A stretch of 63,776 nucleotides of DNA, counting the filler, from Chiloscyllium plagiosum (lineage: Eukaryota): NCBI RefSeq assembly GCF_004010195.1. It is 4 parts of one record of this genome, joined end to end, with 100 filler letters (N's around TTAATTAATTAA, not from the genome) between each part and the next. Parts side by side here need not be neighbours in the genome. Positions count along the whole stretch, not along the records: positions 16,923 to 48,069 come from NC_057714.1; positions 48,170 to 58,615 come from NC_057714.1; 2 more parts are not named here. One strand, written 5' to 3'. Position numbers and translations under genes: made by a program. Within the stretch, counting starts at the first letter, position 1. Each line of letters opens with the position of its first letter. The notes under the pieces were generated by a model. The model was given only the letters and a program-made list of their open reading frames with translations. It made no database searches and was not told where the DNA came from. This document shows, one piece after another, positions 38,801 to 51,940 of the stretch.

Positions 38801-39995
38801 TTTGAAGAGGTGACAAGGCAGGTGGATGAAAGTCGAGCAGTAGATGTGGTGTTTATGGACTTCAGCAAGGCATTTGGTGACTTTCCCTGTAATAGGCTCG
38901 TTCATAAAGTCAGGAGGTATGGGATACAGGGAGTTTTGGCTATCTGGATTCAGAATTGGCTAGCTGACAGAAGGCAGAGAGTGGTTGTAGATGTAAAGTA
39001 TTCTGCCTAGAGGTCAGTGTTGAGTGGTGTCCCGCAGGACTCTGTTCTTGGGCCTCTGCTCTTCGTAGTTTTGATAAATGACTTGGATGAGGAGATTGAG
39101 GGGTGGGTTAGTAAATTTGCAGATGACACAAAGTTTGGAGGTGCTGTTGATAGTTTCAAGGATTATTGCAGACTGCAGCATGACATAGGATGCTTAGCTG
39201 GGCTGTTAAATAGCAGATGGAGTTCAACCTGGATAAATGTGAAGTGATGCATTTGGAAGGTTGAACTCAAATGCTGAATATAGGATTGAAGACAGGATTC
39301 TTGGCAGTGTGGAGGAACAGAGGGATCTGGGTGTTCAAGTACACAGATCCCTCAAAGTTGCCACCCAAGCGGATAGGGTTGTTAAGAAAGCATATGGTGT
39401 TTTGGCTTTCGTTAACAGGGGGATCGAGTTTGAACCGTGAGGTTTTGCTAGAGATCTACAAGTCCCTGGTGAAACCACACTTGGAATATTGTGTCCAGTT
39501 CTGGTTGCCCTTCTATAGGAAAGATACAGAAGGGTTTGGAGAAGGTGCAAAGAAGGTTTACCTGGATGCTTGCCTTATGAAGAGAGGTTGACTAAGCTCG
39601 GACTTTTCTCTCTGCAGAGAAGGAGGAAGAGAGGTGACCTGATCGAGGTATACAAGGTAATGAGAGGCATGGATAGAGTCAATAGCCAGAGACTTTCCCC
39701 CAGGGCAGGATTGACTGGGACGAGGGGGTCATAGTTTTAAGATATTAGGAGGAACGTATAGAGGAGACATTAGAGGTAGATTCTTTATGCAGAGTTGTGA
39801 ATGCATGGAATGCATTGCCAGCTGTGGTGGTGGAAGCAGAGTCATTAGGGACATTTAAGTGCCTGCTGGACATGCACACGGACAGCAGTGAATCGAGGGG
39901 TGTGTAGGTTAGGTTATTTTATTTTACATTAGGATTAATCCTCAGCACATCGTAGGCTGAAGGGTCTGTCCTGTACTGTACTTTTCTATGTTCTA
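35875..39995 (+). mobile_element. Near full-length decayed CR1 LINE (5' UTR, ORF1 zinc finger/esterase, ORF2 APE+RT, 3' tail)
   Basis: ORF1 at 36254 CSSCRMWE...CGKCTQLQLL; ORF2 from ~37078 NARSVRNK, GDFNFPNIDW, SDH, GNYRPVS, GVPQDSVLGP, KFADDTK; tail TTCTATGTTCTAT. Confidence 0.92.
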
Positions 39996-40879
39996 TTCAC
40001 CTCCATATTCCCTACCAAGTTTGCATATGGTTCAAGTAATAATCTGGTTATTAAGGGTTAAATTTTCCTAGCCTTTGGAAGGCAGGTTGAAGGTAGTAGC
40101 AGTGGGATGGCTGGGAAAGTATCAGTGAGGTGCAGCAAACAAAAGTCTGAAGCATTTTCACCACTGAGGTTGTGTTGGCTATATACACCAGCGTGGCCAA
40201 TTTATATATTTAAGACACCAGTCAAGGACAATGGTACCAGCTTGCAGTATTTTTCCAGAGGTGAAAATGCCACCCTGCCATGTATGAAGACTGCCTCCCT
40301 GAAGTGGATCAGGGCGCAATCTGGGATAGAGGCACCATCCCTCAAAACCTGGCTCCCAAACACCCAACCCTGTGATTAATCCACTCCCAAAGTGCTGGTA
40401 CTGGTGTTGGCAAGTGGAGTCTCGGGACTCTCATTATACTATTGTCCACAGGAAGGTTGCTCAATGTCTCTGGAGATCCCCTTATTTTTTTCAGTTCTTA
40501 GGTCTCGATACTGTCCAAATAGGATTGTTTTACTACTATTTCCAATTGTTGTTTCCCCTTGCAATTGAATTATCTGCCTACCTCTCTAATATTGCTTTAG
40601 ATCAAATGTGTTTTAGAAGTACTGGCAACATGCCAGCAAGCGTACATTTGACATTGTTGATGCTACTTGCAGAAATTTAAGATGGAGAGGACATCTGCAA
40701 ATATACTTTCCTAGGTCAGTCTCATTGGCCACAAACTGCCACATATATTACAGTGCAAGCACACAACCTGCCCAGTTATTTGGTTGAGTGACGTATCTAT
40801 TCACATTACATTCCCTTAAAACCTCACCTAATTCACAAATGCCTTTTATGATGGTTGTGTTAGAGCCAACTGCATGCAT

Positions 40880-42700
40880 ACAAAGGAGGATAATAAAAGC
40901 TTTTTTAGGTATTTGAAAGGGAAAAAAATTGTTAAGACTAAAATTGGGCCCTTGAAGACAGAAACAGGGGAATATAATTACAGGGAACAAAGAAATGGCA
41001 GAAGAGTTGAATTGGTACTTCAGATCTGTGTTCACTAGGGAAGACACAAGCAATCTCCCTGAGGTAACAATGGCTGAAGGACCTAACTTAAGGGAATTTA
41101 TATTTGCCAGGAATTGGTGCTGGAGAGACTGTTACGTCTGAAGGCTGATAAGTCTCCGGGGCCTGATGGTCTACATCCCAGGGTACTGAAGGAGGTGGCT
41201 CAGGAAATGGCTCAGGAAATCATGGATGCTTATTTTCCAGAGTTCGATGGATTCAGGATCCGTTCCTGCGGATTGAAGGGTGGCTAATGTTGTACCACTT
41301 TTTAAGAAAGGTGGGAGAGAGAAAGCAGGAAACTATAGACCAGTTAGTCTGACCTCAGTGGAGGGAAAGATGCTGGAGTCTATTATAAAGGATGAAATTA
41401 CGACACATCTGGATAGCAGTAACAGGAAAGGTCAGAGTCAGCATGGATTTATGAAGGGGAAATCATGCTTGACTAATCTTCTGGAATTTTTTGAGTATGT
41501 AACTCTGAAGATGGACAAGGGAGATCCAGTGGATGTAGTGTACCTGGACTTTCAGAAAGCCTTTGATAAAGTCCCACATAGGTTAGTGAGCAAAATTAGG
41601 GCACATGGTATTGGAGGCAGAGTACTGACTTGGATTGAAAATTGGTTGGCTGACAGGAAACAAAGAGTAGTGATAAACAGCTCCCTTTCGGAATAGCAGG
41701 CGGTGACCAGTGGGGTACTGCAGGTATTAGTGCTGGGACTGCAGCTTTTTACAATATATATTAATCATATAGAAGATGGTATTAATAGTAACATTAGCAA
41801 ATTTGCTGATGATACAAAGCTGGGTGGCAGGGTGAAATGTGAGGAGGATGTTAGGAGATTACAGGGTGACCTGGACAGGTTAGGTGAGTGGACAGATGCA
41901 TGGCAGATGCAGTTTAATGTGGATTAATGGTTATCCACTTTGGTGGCAAGAACAGGAAGGCAGAATACTACCTAAATGGAGTCAAGTTAGGTAAAGGGGC
42001 AATACAAAGAGATATGGGTGTTCTTGTACACCAGTCAATGAAGGTAAGCATGCAGGTAGTGAAGAAGGCTAATAGCATGCTGGCCTTCATAACAAGAGGG
42101 ATTGAGTATAGAAGCAAAGAGGTTCTTCTGCAGCTGTACAGGGCCCTGGTGAGACCGCACCTGGAATATTGTGTACAGTTCTGGTCTCCAAATTTTAGGA
42201 AAGACATTCTGGCTATTGAGGGAGTGCAGCGTAGGTTCACGAGGTCAATTCCTGGAATGGCGGGACTATCTTATGTTGAAAGATTGGAGTGACTGGGCTT
42301 GTATGCCATTGAGTTTAGAAGACTGAGAGGGGATCTGACTGAGACGTATAAGATTATTAAAGGATTGGACACTCTGGCAGCAGGAAGCATGTTTCCATTG
42401 GTGGGTGAGTCCCGAACCAGAGGACACAGCTTAAAAATAAGGGGTAGGCCATTTAGGACAGAGATGAGAAGAAACTTCTTCACCCAGAGAGTGGTGGGTG
42501 TGTGGAATGCTCTGCCCCAGAAGGCAGTGGAGCCCCAGTCTCTAGATTCGTTTAAAAAAGAATTGGATAGAGCTCTCAAGGATAGTGGAATCAAGGGTTA
42601 TGGAAATAAGGCAGGAACAGGATCCTGATTAAGGATGATCAGAATGAATGGTGGTGCAGGCTCAAAGGGCAGAATGGCCTACTCCTGCACCTATTGTCTG
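40880..42700 (+). mobile_element. 5'-truncated CR1 LINE (RT and 3' UTR), relatively well preserved
   Basis: PLFKKG...[55 protein letters not shown]. Confidence 0.92.
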
Positions 42701-44549
42701 ATCGCTTTTTTTCTTGCTTGATATGCTTTTTAATGACATCTCTGTGAAGTTTCTTGGGATTTTTCAGGAGGTGTAAAGGGATATAAAGTTGTGGCTGTTT
42801 GTTTGTGAAAGGGCTTGATTTTTTTTCATTGGTTGAGTCACCTGGTGGATAGTCTGTGGAGAGACAGTTTGCTTTTCTTTCACATTTCATTTGTGAGAAT
42901 GAAAAATGTGCTATTTACAGTCATGTCGTTGACATTTCAAAATAATCATACCCTTAACTGAAACCAGTAAAGAATATTAAATAATCCTCTTAATATTTGT
43001 TTTTGCACTATAGGAGGTTTTGGAGTTTAATTTCTGCTCATTTTAAAAAAAACTTCAATGTGACTTCACTGGTGCAACTGTAACATAATTCTCCTTGGGA
43101 ATGTTCACTCCATTTATGATGGTCTGATAGTTACATGGTCAATATTGATTGATTTGATTAAAAGATTTTTTAGTCCAGATACTGTGGTGATTTTGAACTC
43201 CTATTTTCACGTAACCAATAATATAATCATCATGCTACCAAACCTGCGTGCTGTAAGAACAGGATGTTTATAGCTCAGTTGGAAATAATTTGGCCACTGT
43301 ATCTGCCAGATCTTAAACCCCCCAAACGTCGCATCCAGCCTGAGATGAAATAATTACTCTTTGGTTTTTAAAAATATTTTAATATCAACATGCATCTGAA
43401 GTGGGTTTGGGTTCACTGCAACAAACATGAAGGGCTGAGGATGCTGGAAAGAGAAAAACAAATAACTGATGAAACTTAACAGGTTTGGTAGCACCTGACG
43501 GAGGAGAAAGCAGAGGTAACATTTCGCGTTCAGTTTCCTCCAGCTATTTCTGTTTTTGTGTGGGTTCACAGTGCACAGATTTTGGTTTGTTGCAAATACA
43601 AGGCGGGCTCATTTCTAGCTGTGGGCCGTGTGCACCCTCTAGTGGTTATGCCGACTCTCTAGCAAAAGCATCGGTTCTGCACCAGTAATGCTTGCACTTA
43701 CTTACATTGAAGGGGTTTCAGAATATTCAGTAGTCGTTACCATACCGTGCATGAGAAAAGTTAGACCAGGACAGACTCCTCTTTTAATGCTAACAGGATT
43801 AAAGCTCCAAAGCCTTTCAGGTAAGCGGGTGGTTTAAGTGGGTTGGGGAACCGTCAGATCAAGTTATTAAAGAATATAACAAGTCCTCTCCCTCCCCCAC
43901 AGCTCTGCGTCTGCGACTTGTGGCAGTGACCCAGCTACAGAAATCAGCTTATCAGAAAGTGAAACTTCCCTGCCAATTTTCTCGCATGCTCCGTGCCTCA
44001 GGACCTGAGTGTGGGCGAACTATCAATGACCTAGCCGATTTGGCCAATGTCACGGCTGATCTGATAATCCTGAACTCTCTTTCCTGCTTTTTTTCCAATT
44101 ACCTCTCATTCCCTTGCTGATTAAAAGAATCTATCTCTGCCTCAGTAGCCCTCTGGTAAAGAATTCCCCAGATTTACTAAACTCCGAGAAGAAATTACTC
44201 ATCTTTATAAACCTGTAACCCTTTGTGAGATTATGTCCTCTGGTCCTAGACTCCCCTACAGGGAGAGAAATAATATTTCCAAATCCCGCTGGTCACATCC
44301 TGTTTTACTTGTATGTTTCAACAAGGTTGCCTCACATCCTTCTAGATTCCAGTAAGTACATGCCCAACCTACTCAATTTCTCCTTGTATGACCACCATCC
44401 TGGTATCAGTATTCTCTGGACTGCCTCCAAGCCCAGTATCTTATAAAAGAGGTCCTAAAGTATTCCAGCTGTGGGCTAACGAGTACCTTCTTAAGTAAAA
44501 AAGGAGGTTTTTTTTCTACAACTACATTCCATTTGAAATACAGGCTAAC

Positions 44550-44998
44550 AGCAGAGGAAAATCACACATACAGTGTTTTCAAAAAGAATGGGTACCCAAT
44601 GAACACAGTCCACTGATTTCTCAGTGATAAACTCAAACAAGCAGACAAAATGTGTCCAGAATCCCTAGCCACTCTCCCTTACATCAAAGACATCTTAGAA
44701 ATGACTGCCAGACTACTTAGCCCCCTTGGCATCATGGTAGCCTACAAACTCATCAACACACTAAAACAGCAGCTAATGAACGTACAAGATCCTATACAGA
44801 CAACAAGCAAAACTAATATCATTTACAAAATACCTTGCAAGAACTGTAACAAACACTACATTGGACAAACAGGCAGAAAACTAGCCACCGGGATACATGA
44901 ACATCAACTAGCCACAAAAAGCCACGACCCACTCTCACTAGTATCCTTATGTACAGATGTGGAAGAACATCACTTTGACTTGGACAACACATCCAAAG
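44550..44998 (+). mobile_element. Penelope-like (Poseidon-type) GIY-YIG fragment
   Basis: TLPYIK...NIIYKIPCKNCNKHYIGQTGRKLATGIHEH. Confidence 0.85.
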
Positions 44999-45004
44999 GT
45001 CTTG

Positions 45005-47650
45005 ATTAATCTTGACAAACAAATGAACAAAATTAGTCTTGAATAACTGATCAAAGTTAGGGATGAGAGGCCCAAGTAAAGAAAACCTCCCTGTGCCTAC
45101 ACTTAAAGGGGAACCCACCTTCCACATCAGGTATTCCCCCAAGACCCCCCATAGGCATCGCCTCCAACTTTGAAAAATTGATCTTGTAACCTGAGAAAGA
45201 ACAAAATGAATTAATACAGGGTATCAAACAGGGCACCGAGACCAGCGAGTTCAAGAGAAAAATAAGAACGTCATCTGCATATAATGTAATCTTATGCACC
45301 TTCGAGCCCATCTTTGGTGCAGCTATATTAGGGCCCTCATGAATGGCCTCCACCAACAGCTCAACCACTAATGTGAAAAGCAAAAGGTGAAAGGGGACAG
45401 CCTTGCCGATTGCCCCTACCAATGCTAAAATTGTTAGACCTTATACATTGGTGAGAACTGACGCCAAAGTATTACCATGAAGGACCCTTACCCATCGAGT
45501 AAATGTTTCACCCAAGCCAAACCGCTTTCGGGTATAAAAAAAATAGTCATTCCACCCAATCAAATGCATCTAAAGAGACCACCAATCCTTGAACCAGTCA
45601 CTGCTGGCACACTTGAATCATGCTAAGCAACCTAACATTATTAGAGGATTTTTAAAATCCTTTCGGCTCAACAATCCCCCACCAACCCTCTGAAGACTAA
45701 CCTACCCAGAACCATTCCCCTACTATCCTATATTTACTCCTGACTAATGCACCTAACCTACACATACCTGAACGCTATGGGCAATTTAGTATTGCCAATT
45801 CACCTAACCTGCACATCTTTGGACTGTGGGATGGAACTGGAGCACTTGGAGGAAACTCGGACACGGGGAGAATGTGCAAACTCCACACACAGTCAGCAGA
45901 GGCTGGAATTGAACCCAAGTCCCTAGCGCTGTGAGGCAGCAGTGCTAACCACTGAACCACTGCTTGTCTGCAACCCTCTATAAAGCCAGTCTGACCTTCT
46001 TTACCAATAGAGGGCAACACACTTTCCAATCTCAATGCCAAAGTCTTAGACAAAATTTTATAATCAGAATTTATGAGCGAGATAGGTCTATAAGAAGCAC
46101 AATCCTCCGGGGCCTTCCCTTTCTTGAGGATAAGAGAGATATTAGCTTCTCTCAAGGATGGCGGGAGGCAGTCACGGCTATATGAGTAGTTATACAGGTC
46201 TAGCATCAGTCCTGACAGTATGTTTACAAATCCTTTCTAAAACTCACTGGGAAGACCATCAGGGCCAGGTGTCTTTCCACTCTGAAGTTGAATCACTGCC
46301 TCCTATATCTCTTGTGCTGTTAATGGAGCACTAAGGAGAAATGCCTGCTCAGCAGACACCCCCGGAAGATCCAAGTTCCTGAAAAAAAGACTCAATTTTA
46401 TCCCATCTATCTTTAATATTCAGACTGATACAGTTCAGAATAGAACCTCCGAAACACTTGTTTGTAATGCTAAAAAGAACAATGCAGAGTCCCTTGCCCT
46501 TCCCTGATAGAAGCAATAGATTGAGAGGCATTCTTCTTCCGAACCAGATATGCCAAATATTTACCCAGCTTTGCAAAGGAAAGTTCCTTCCTGGCTGTAT
46601 GCATTAGCATGGAGTTTAAAGTGGATCAAAGGGCTGTGAACCACTGCAGCTTAGTCACTGATTGCCTTCTGTAATATGCCGTCTCAGCTGCCTCCATTCG
46701 TGCCTCGAGCAGGCAAGCTACCCTTCCGTTGCTTCTGACTGGCCAAGAATGCTAGAGGGATGATCATCTCATCGGCCTTAGCAGGCTCCCAAAGAATGGA
46801 CGGATTACAAGCTGTACCCGAGTTGGTGGCCAAAAATACTTCAAATTCCCTAGAAAAGTACTCACCGAACGTGCTGTCCTTGAGGACAAAGGGAGCCCTT
46901 CACCAGTACCGTGAGCTCATTGCATTCCCCTTAATCTCGACCACTAAATATACTGTTGCGTGATCAGGGATGGTAATATTTCCAACGGAACAAAATACCA
47001 TCAAATCTAGGAGAGCCGCAGGAGTTAGGGGGGAAAAAAAAACAATCCTTGTGGCATTTACGGGGATTGGAAAAGAATAAAAAGTCCCTGCTTGTAAGGT
47101 GGAAACATCTCCAAAAGTCTACCAACCCCAGTTCCACACATAGATCACCCAACTGTCTAAATTGTGGAGAAAGCTTTGGGGGGCCTTTCGGCCTTCTGTC
47201 CTGCACAGGATCCATAAGGCAATTAAAGTCCGCCCCCCTTAATAATATCCCGCAATGCAAAGGCTATCAGCTTAGTTGTGCATCAATCAGAAATTTAAGA
47301 GGTTGGGTCAGAGGACATTCAAAAGACCATATTCCTCGCCATGTATTTGTACCTCAAGGATAACAAACCAACCATAATCATCTTTAACACAATCTATTAA
47401 ATTAAATGGAAGAATCTTCCCGACGAGTATAGCCCCCCCTCCCCCCAGTGTTAAAGGACAAGAAAAACACCTGATCAAACCCACCCTGCTGTAACTTCAA
47501 GTGTTCCTTGTCATTAAGGAGAGTCTCCTGCAACAGGGTAACTTCCATGCATTCCTTTTTAAGGCTTGACAACACTTTTCCCTTTTAACTGGCGAATCGA
47601 TTCTTGTAATATTTCAGGTGCACCATTTAAGAACACTGCTAGCCATGATC
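45005..47650 (-). mobile_element. L1-clade LINE ORF2 fragment (APE+RT) with HE1 SINE inserted at ~45695-45960
   Basis: Minus-strand GADFNCLMDP, ANISLILKKGKAPEDCASYRPISLINSDYKILSK, ITLYADDVLIFL, SGYKINFSK. Confidence 0.85.
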
Positions 47651-47755
47651 CTTTACAACCACCTTTGACCTGCCAAGAGGAAGAAGTCAACTTATAGCAC
47701 GCTGGGCATTTACAAAAGACCGAAGTCTATTTATGAAAAACCAGAGCACTAAACT

Positions 47756-48069
47756 GGGCGGCATGGTGGCACAGTGGTTAGCACTGCTGCCTCACAGCGC
47801 CTGAGACCCGGGTTCAATTCCCGACTCAAGCGACTGACTGTGTGGAGTTTGCACGTTCTCCCCGTGTCTGCGTGGGTTTCCTCCGGGTGCTCCGGTTTCC
47901 TCCCACACTCCAAAAGATGTGCAGGTCAGGTGAATCGGCTATGCTAAATTGCCCGTAGTGTTAGGTAAGGGGTAAATGTAGGGGTATGGGTGGGTTGCGC
48001 TTCGGCGGGTCGGTATGGACTTGTTGGGCCAAAGGGCCTGTTTCCACACTGTAATCTAATCTAATCTAA
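47756..48069 (+). mobile_element. HE1-type V-SINE, full length
   Basis: A/B boxes, complete V-domain, (TAATC)n tail running into the spacer. Confidence 0.92.
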
Positions 48070-48169
48070 NNNNNNNNNNNNNNNNNNNNNNNNNNNNNNN
48101 NNNNNNNNNNNNNTTAATTAATTAANNNNNNNNNNNNNNNNNNNNNNNNNNNNNNNNNNNNNNNNNNNN
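48070..48169. other. Artificial contig-joining spacer
   Basis: N44-TTAATTAATTAA-N44. Confidence 0.97.
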
Positions 48170-48750
48170 GCTGTACAGGACATTGGTTAGGCCACTGTTG
48201 GAATATTGCGTGCAATTCTGGTCTCCTTCCTATTGGAAAGATGTTGTGAAACCTGAAAGGGTTCAGAAAAGATTTACAAGGATGTGCCAGGGTTGGAGGA
48301 TTTGAGCTACAGGGAGAGGCTGAACAGGCTCGGGCTGTTTTCCCTGGAGCATTGGAGGCTGAGGGGTGACCTTATAGAGGTTTACAAAATTATGAGGGGC
48401 ATGGATGGGATAAATAGCCAAATCTTTTTCCTGGGGTCGGAGAGTCCAGAACTAGACAGCATAGGTTTAGGATGAGAGAGGAAAGATATAAAAGAGACCT
48501 AAGGGGCAACTTTTTCACGCAGAGGATGGTACATATATGGAATGAGCTGCCAGAGGATGTGGTGGAGGCTGGGACAATTGCAACATTTAAGAGGCATTTG
48601 GATGGGTAAATGAATAGGAAGGGTTTGGAGGGATATGTGCCGGGTGCTGGCAGGTTGGACTAGATTGGGTTGGGATATCTGGTCAGCATGGACAGGTTGG
48701 ACTGAAGGGTCTGTTTCCATGTTGTACATCTTTATGAGTCTATGACTCTG
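48170..48750 (+). mobile_element. HER1/CR1 LINE 3' end
   Basis: LVRPLLEYCVQFW, RLRGDLIEVYKIM; 3' UTR shares the GGG(C/T)CTGTTTCC motif with HE1 SINE tails. Confidence 0.88.
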
Positions 48751-49139
48751 ACAAAGGGACTAAATAGGAGCATTTTTACAAAATATGATGGACTGAGTGA
48801 TCTCTGTTTTGCAAGTTTCTGTTTCTATCAACAATATCAACATAAGTAGGTTAGAGTCAATAGCATAATTGAAAAGAAAGTTTCTTCAAATATCCTCCAT
48901 GACCCGAATAGATATTTGCCAATTTGGAACTAAAATGATTATATAACTCAGCAATATTGAAAAATATAATCAGACATCAACATGAAACATACTTATTCTG
49001 ATATTTGGACACTTCTGAAATGAGATAAGTGTGATTAAAGTTTTATATTTTTTCTTATTATTTTGGAACTAAGTCTTAAAATGTAGGCAATAGCCTGTTC
49101 AGTAATGCCCAATTGAGTTTCCGCCGGGGACTTCATTAC

Positions 49140-50165
49140 ATCCTTGGTTCAAAAGAACTAAATTCCAGAGGTGAGGTGAGACTGATAGCCCTTGGCATCA
49201 AGGCTGCATTTGATCAAGTGTGATATCAATGAGCCAGATCAAAATTACAATCAATGGGTATACAAGGGCAAACTTTATACTGGTCAAAACTGGCAAATAG
49301 GAAGATGGTCATGGTTGTAGGAGGTGAGTCATCTCAGTTCCAGGCTGTCTCTGCAGTGGTTCCTCAGGGTATTGTCCTAGGTCCCACTTAGCTGCTTTAT
49401 TAATGTCCTTGCCTCCATCGTAAGATCAGAAGTGAGTATGTTTGTCAATGATTGTCCAATGTTCAGCATTTGTGACTCCTCACATACTGAAGCAGTCCAT
49501 GTTCATATACAACAAGATCTGGACAATATCTGCCCCTTCACATTCAGTAGTGTTACCATCATTAAATCTATCACTATTAACATCCTTGGGGTTACCACTG
49601 ATGAGAAACTCAGCTGGACCTGCCACATAAATCCAGCATCCACAAAAGCAAGCCAGATGCTCGGAATATTTTGGCGAGTAACAAAGGTCCTGACTCCCCG
49701 TGTAATATTTTATACTTACCTGAATGAATGCAGCACCAATAACGTTCAAGAAGTTTGCCACCATCGAGAACAAAGCAGCCCAATTCATTGGCACCACATC
49801 CACAAGCATCCAGTCCCTCTCTCACCAATACTCAGTAGGAACAGAGTGCTTTAAGAAGCACTGCAGAAATTCATCAAAGATCCTTAGACAGCACCTTCCA
49901 AATCCATGATCACTTCTATCTAGAAGGACAAAGGTAGCAGATACATGGGAATACCACTCCCTGAAAGTTTCCCTCCAAGCCACTTACCATCCTGTCTTGG
50001 AAATATATCACTGGAATTGCCTCCCTAACGGTATTGTGACTCAATGCACTGCAGGTGGACTGGAGCAGTTCAAGAAGGCAGCTCATCAACATGTTCTCAA
50101 GGGCAACTAGGAACAGGCAATAAATGCTGATCAGCCAGTTTTTGCCACGTCCCATGAATGAATTT
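49140..50165 (+). mobile_element. Old non-LTR retrotransposon RT/3' fragment (RTE-X-like; clade uncertain)
   Basis: Decayed ALGIKAAFDQV and VPQGIVLGP motifs; tail CAGTTCAAGAAGGCAGCTCA...GGCAATAAATGC, also seen inverted at ~19310-19530. Confidence 0.55.
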
Positions 50166-51504
50166 TAAAAAAGCATAGCTTTGATTTTTGCTTCTGTGTT
50201 ACAAACATATTCTTTTGTTAAAGGTGCATTGCCTGCCTTGTGTGAAAATATTCAGCGACTGCCCATCATGGTAAACAGGTTGAAGAAAAATAAACTTAAC
50301 GATCCATCTCGTGAACTTCAACTCTGGAAAATCTTTCTAGGATTCCAATCAGTTAGGATCATAGAATCATACATTACAGAAGAGGTCCTTCAACCCATTG
50401 AGTCTATACCACCAAAGCTTCACTGTGTAGTGATTAGAACAAGTCAGCCAGGTGGATCTCATTAAATATGAGTTCCCTTATTGGAGTTGTTAACCTGGTC
50501 CAATCAGGGAATCCTGTCTGACAGACATAAACAGGAGAGTAAATTTAAAAAAAAAAAAAATAAATAAAACAATAATAAACGGGATTGGCTGTGGTGCTGT
50601 GGAGTCCGTCGACCACGTATATATTTGGTGTGGGCGTTTGCACTCCCTTTTTGATAAATAATAAAAAGAAAAAAAAAATAAACAGGAGAGTGTTTTCCTA
50701 TCTTCCTGGTGGTGGAATTTGAATAAAGATTAAAAAAAAAATAAACAGCAGAGTCCTATCTTCCTGGTGGTGGAATTTGAATAAAGATTCGTGCACTTTG
50801 TGTCTTTCACTGTGTCTCACACGTATACACACACACCATGGGTGCTGGGGATAAAATAAAAAAAAAAATAAAACACTAGTAATGGAGTGCTTTATTTCCC
50901 CTCCAACTCTATTTGGATTTAATCCCTGCCCTCCCCTTCACATTTTGATCACGCAGCATTGCCCTTTGATGAGAAGGGCATTGTTTGTCACTGGCCACCC
51001 GGGTGTTTGCCTGTTGTGAGTGTATGTGCAAGGACTCTCCTTGAAGGGGACTATAAGAAAAGAAAAAAAAAGAAGATAAACAGGAGAGTCCTATCTTCCT
51101 GGTGGTGGAATTTGAATAAAGATTCGTGCACTTTGTGTCTTTCACTGTGTCTCACACCTATACACACACACCATGGGTGCTGGGGCAAAAATAAGCACTA
51201 AGAAAAAAAAATAAACAGGAGTGGGGCCCAGGTGTCCTTGAAAAAAAAAGAAAAAAAAAATAAACAGGAGAGTCCGATCTTCCTGGTGGTGGAATTTGAA
51301 TAAAGATTCGTGCACTTTGTGTCTTTCACTGTGTCTCACACGCATATACACACACCATGGGTGCTGGGGGAACAAAAATAAGCACTACCGCACTTAGGTG
51401 GTAGTGTGGGGGTTTAAAATAAAATAAAAACAGGAGTAGCACTGCCCTTTGATGTGAAGGGCAGTGTTTGTCTCTGGCAAAAGAAAAAAAAAGCAGGAGA
51501 GCAA

Positions 51505-51822
51505 CGGCACGGTGGCACAGTGGTTAGCACTGCTGCCTCCCAGTGCCAGAGACCCGGGTTCAATTCCCGCCTCTGGTGACTCTGTGTGGAGTTTGCACAT
51601 TCTCCCCGTGTCTGCGTGGGTTTCCTCTGGGTGCTCCGGTTTCCTCCCACATTCCAAAAATGTGCAGGTTAGGTGAATTGGCCATGCTAAATTGCCCGTA
51701 GTGTTAGGTGACGAGGTAAATGTAGGGGAATGGATCTGGATGGGTTGCGCTTCGGCGGGTCGGTGTGGACTTGTTGGGCCGAAGAGCCTGTTTTCACACT
51801 GTAAGTACTCTAATCTAATCTA
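51505..51822 (+). mobile_element. HE1-type SINE within the array
   Basis: Full head, V-domain and (TAATC)n tail; begins a few nt after a target copy. Confidence 0.9.
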
Positions 51823-51940
51823 AACTGAACTTGGGTTCTGAGAGATGTTCCTTAACCTGAAATGTTAACTCTGTTCTCTTTCCAGAACTGCTCAGTAATT
51901 AAAAAAAATAAAATAAAATAAACAGGAGAGTACTGGCCAC

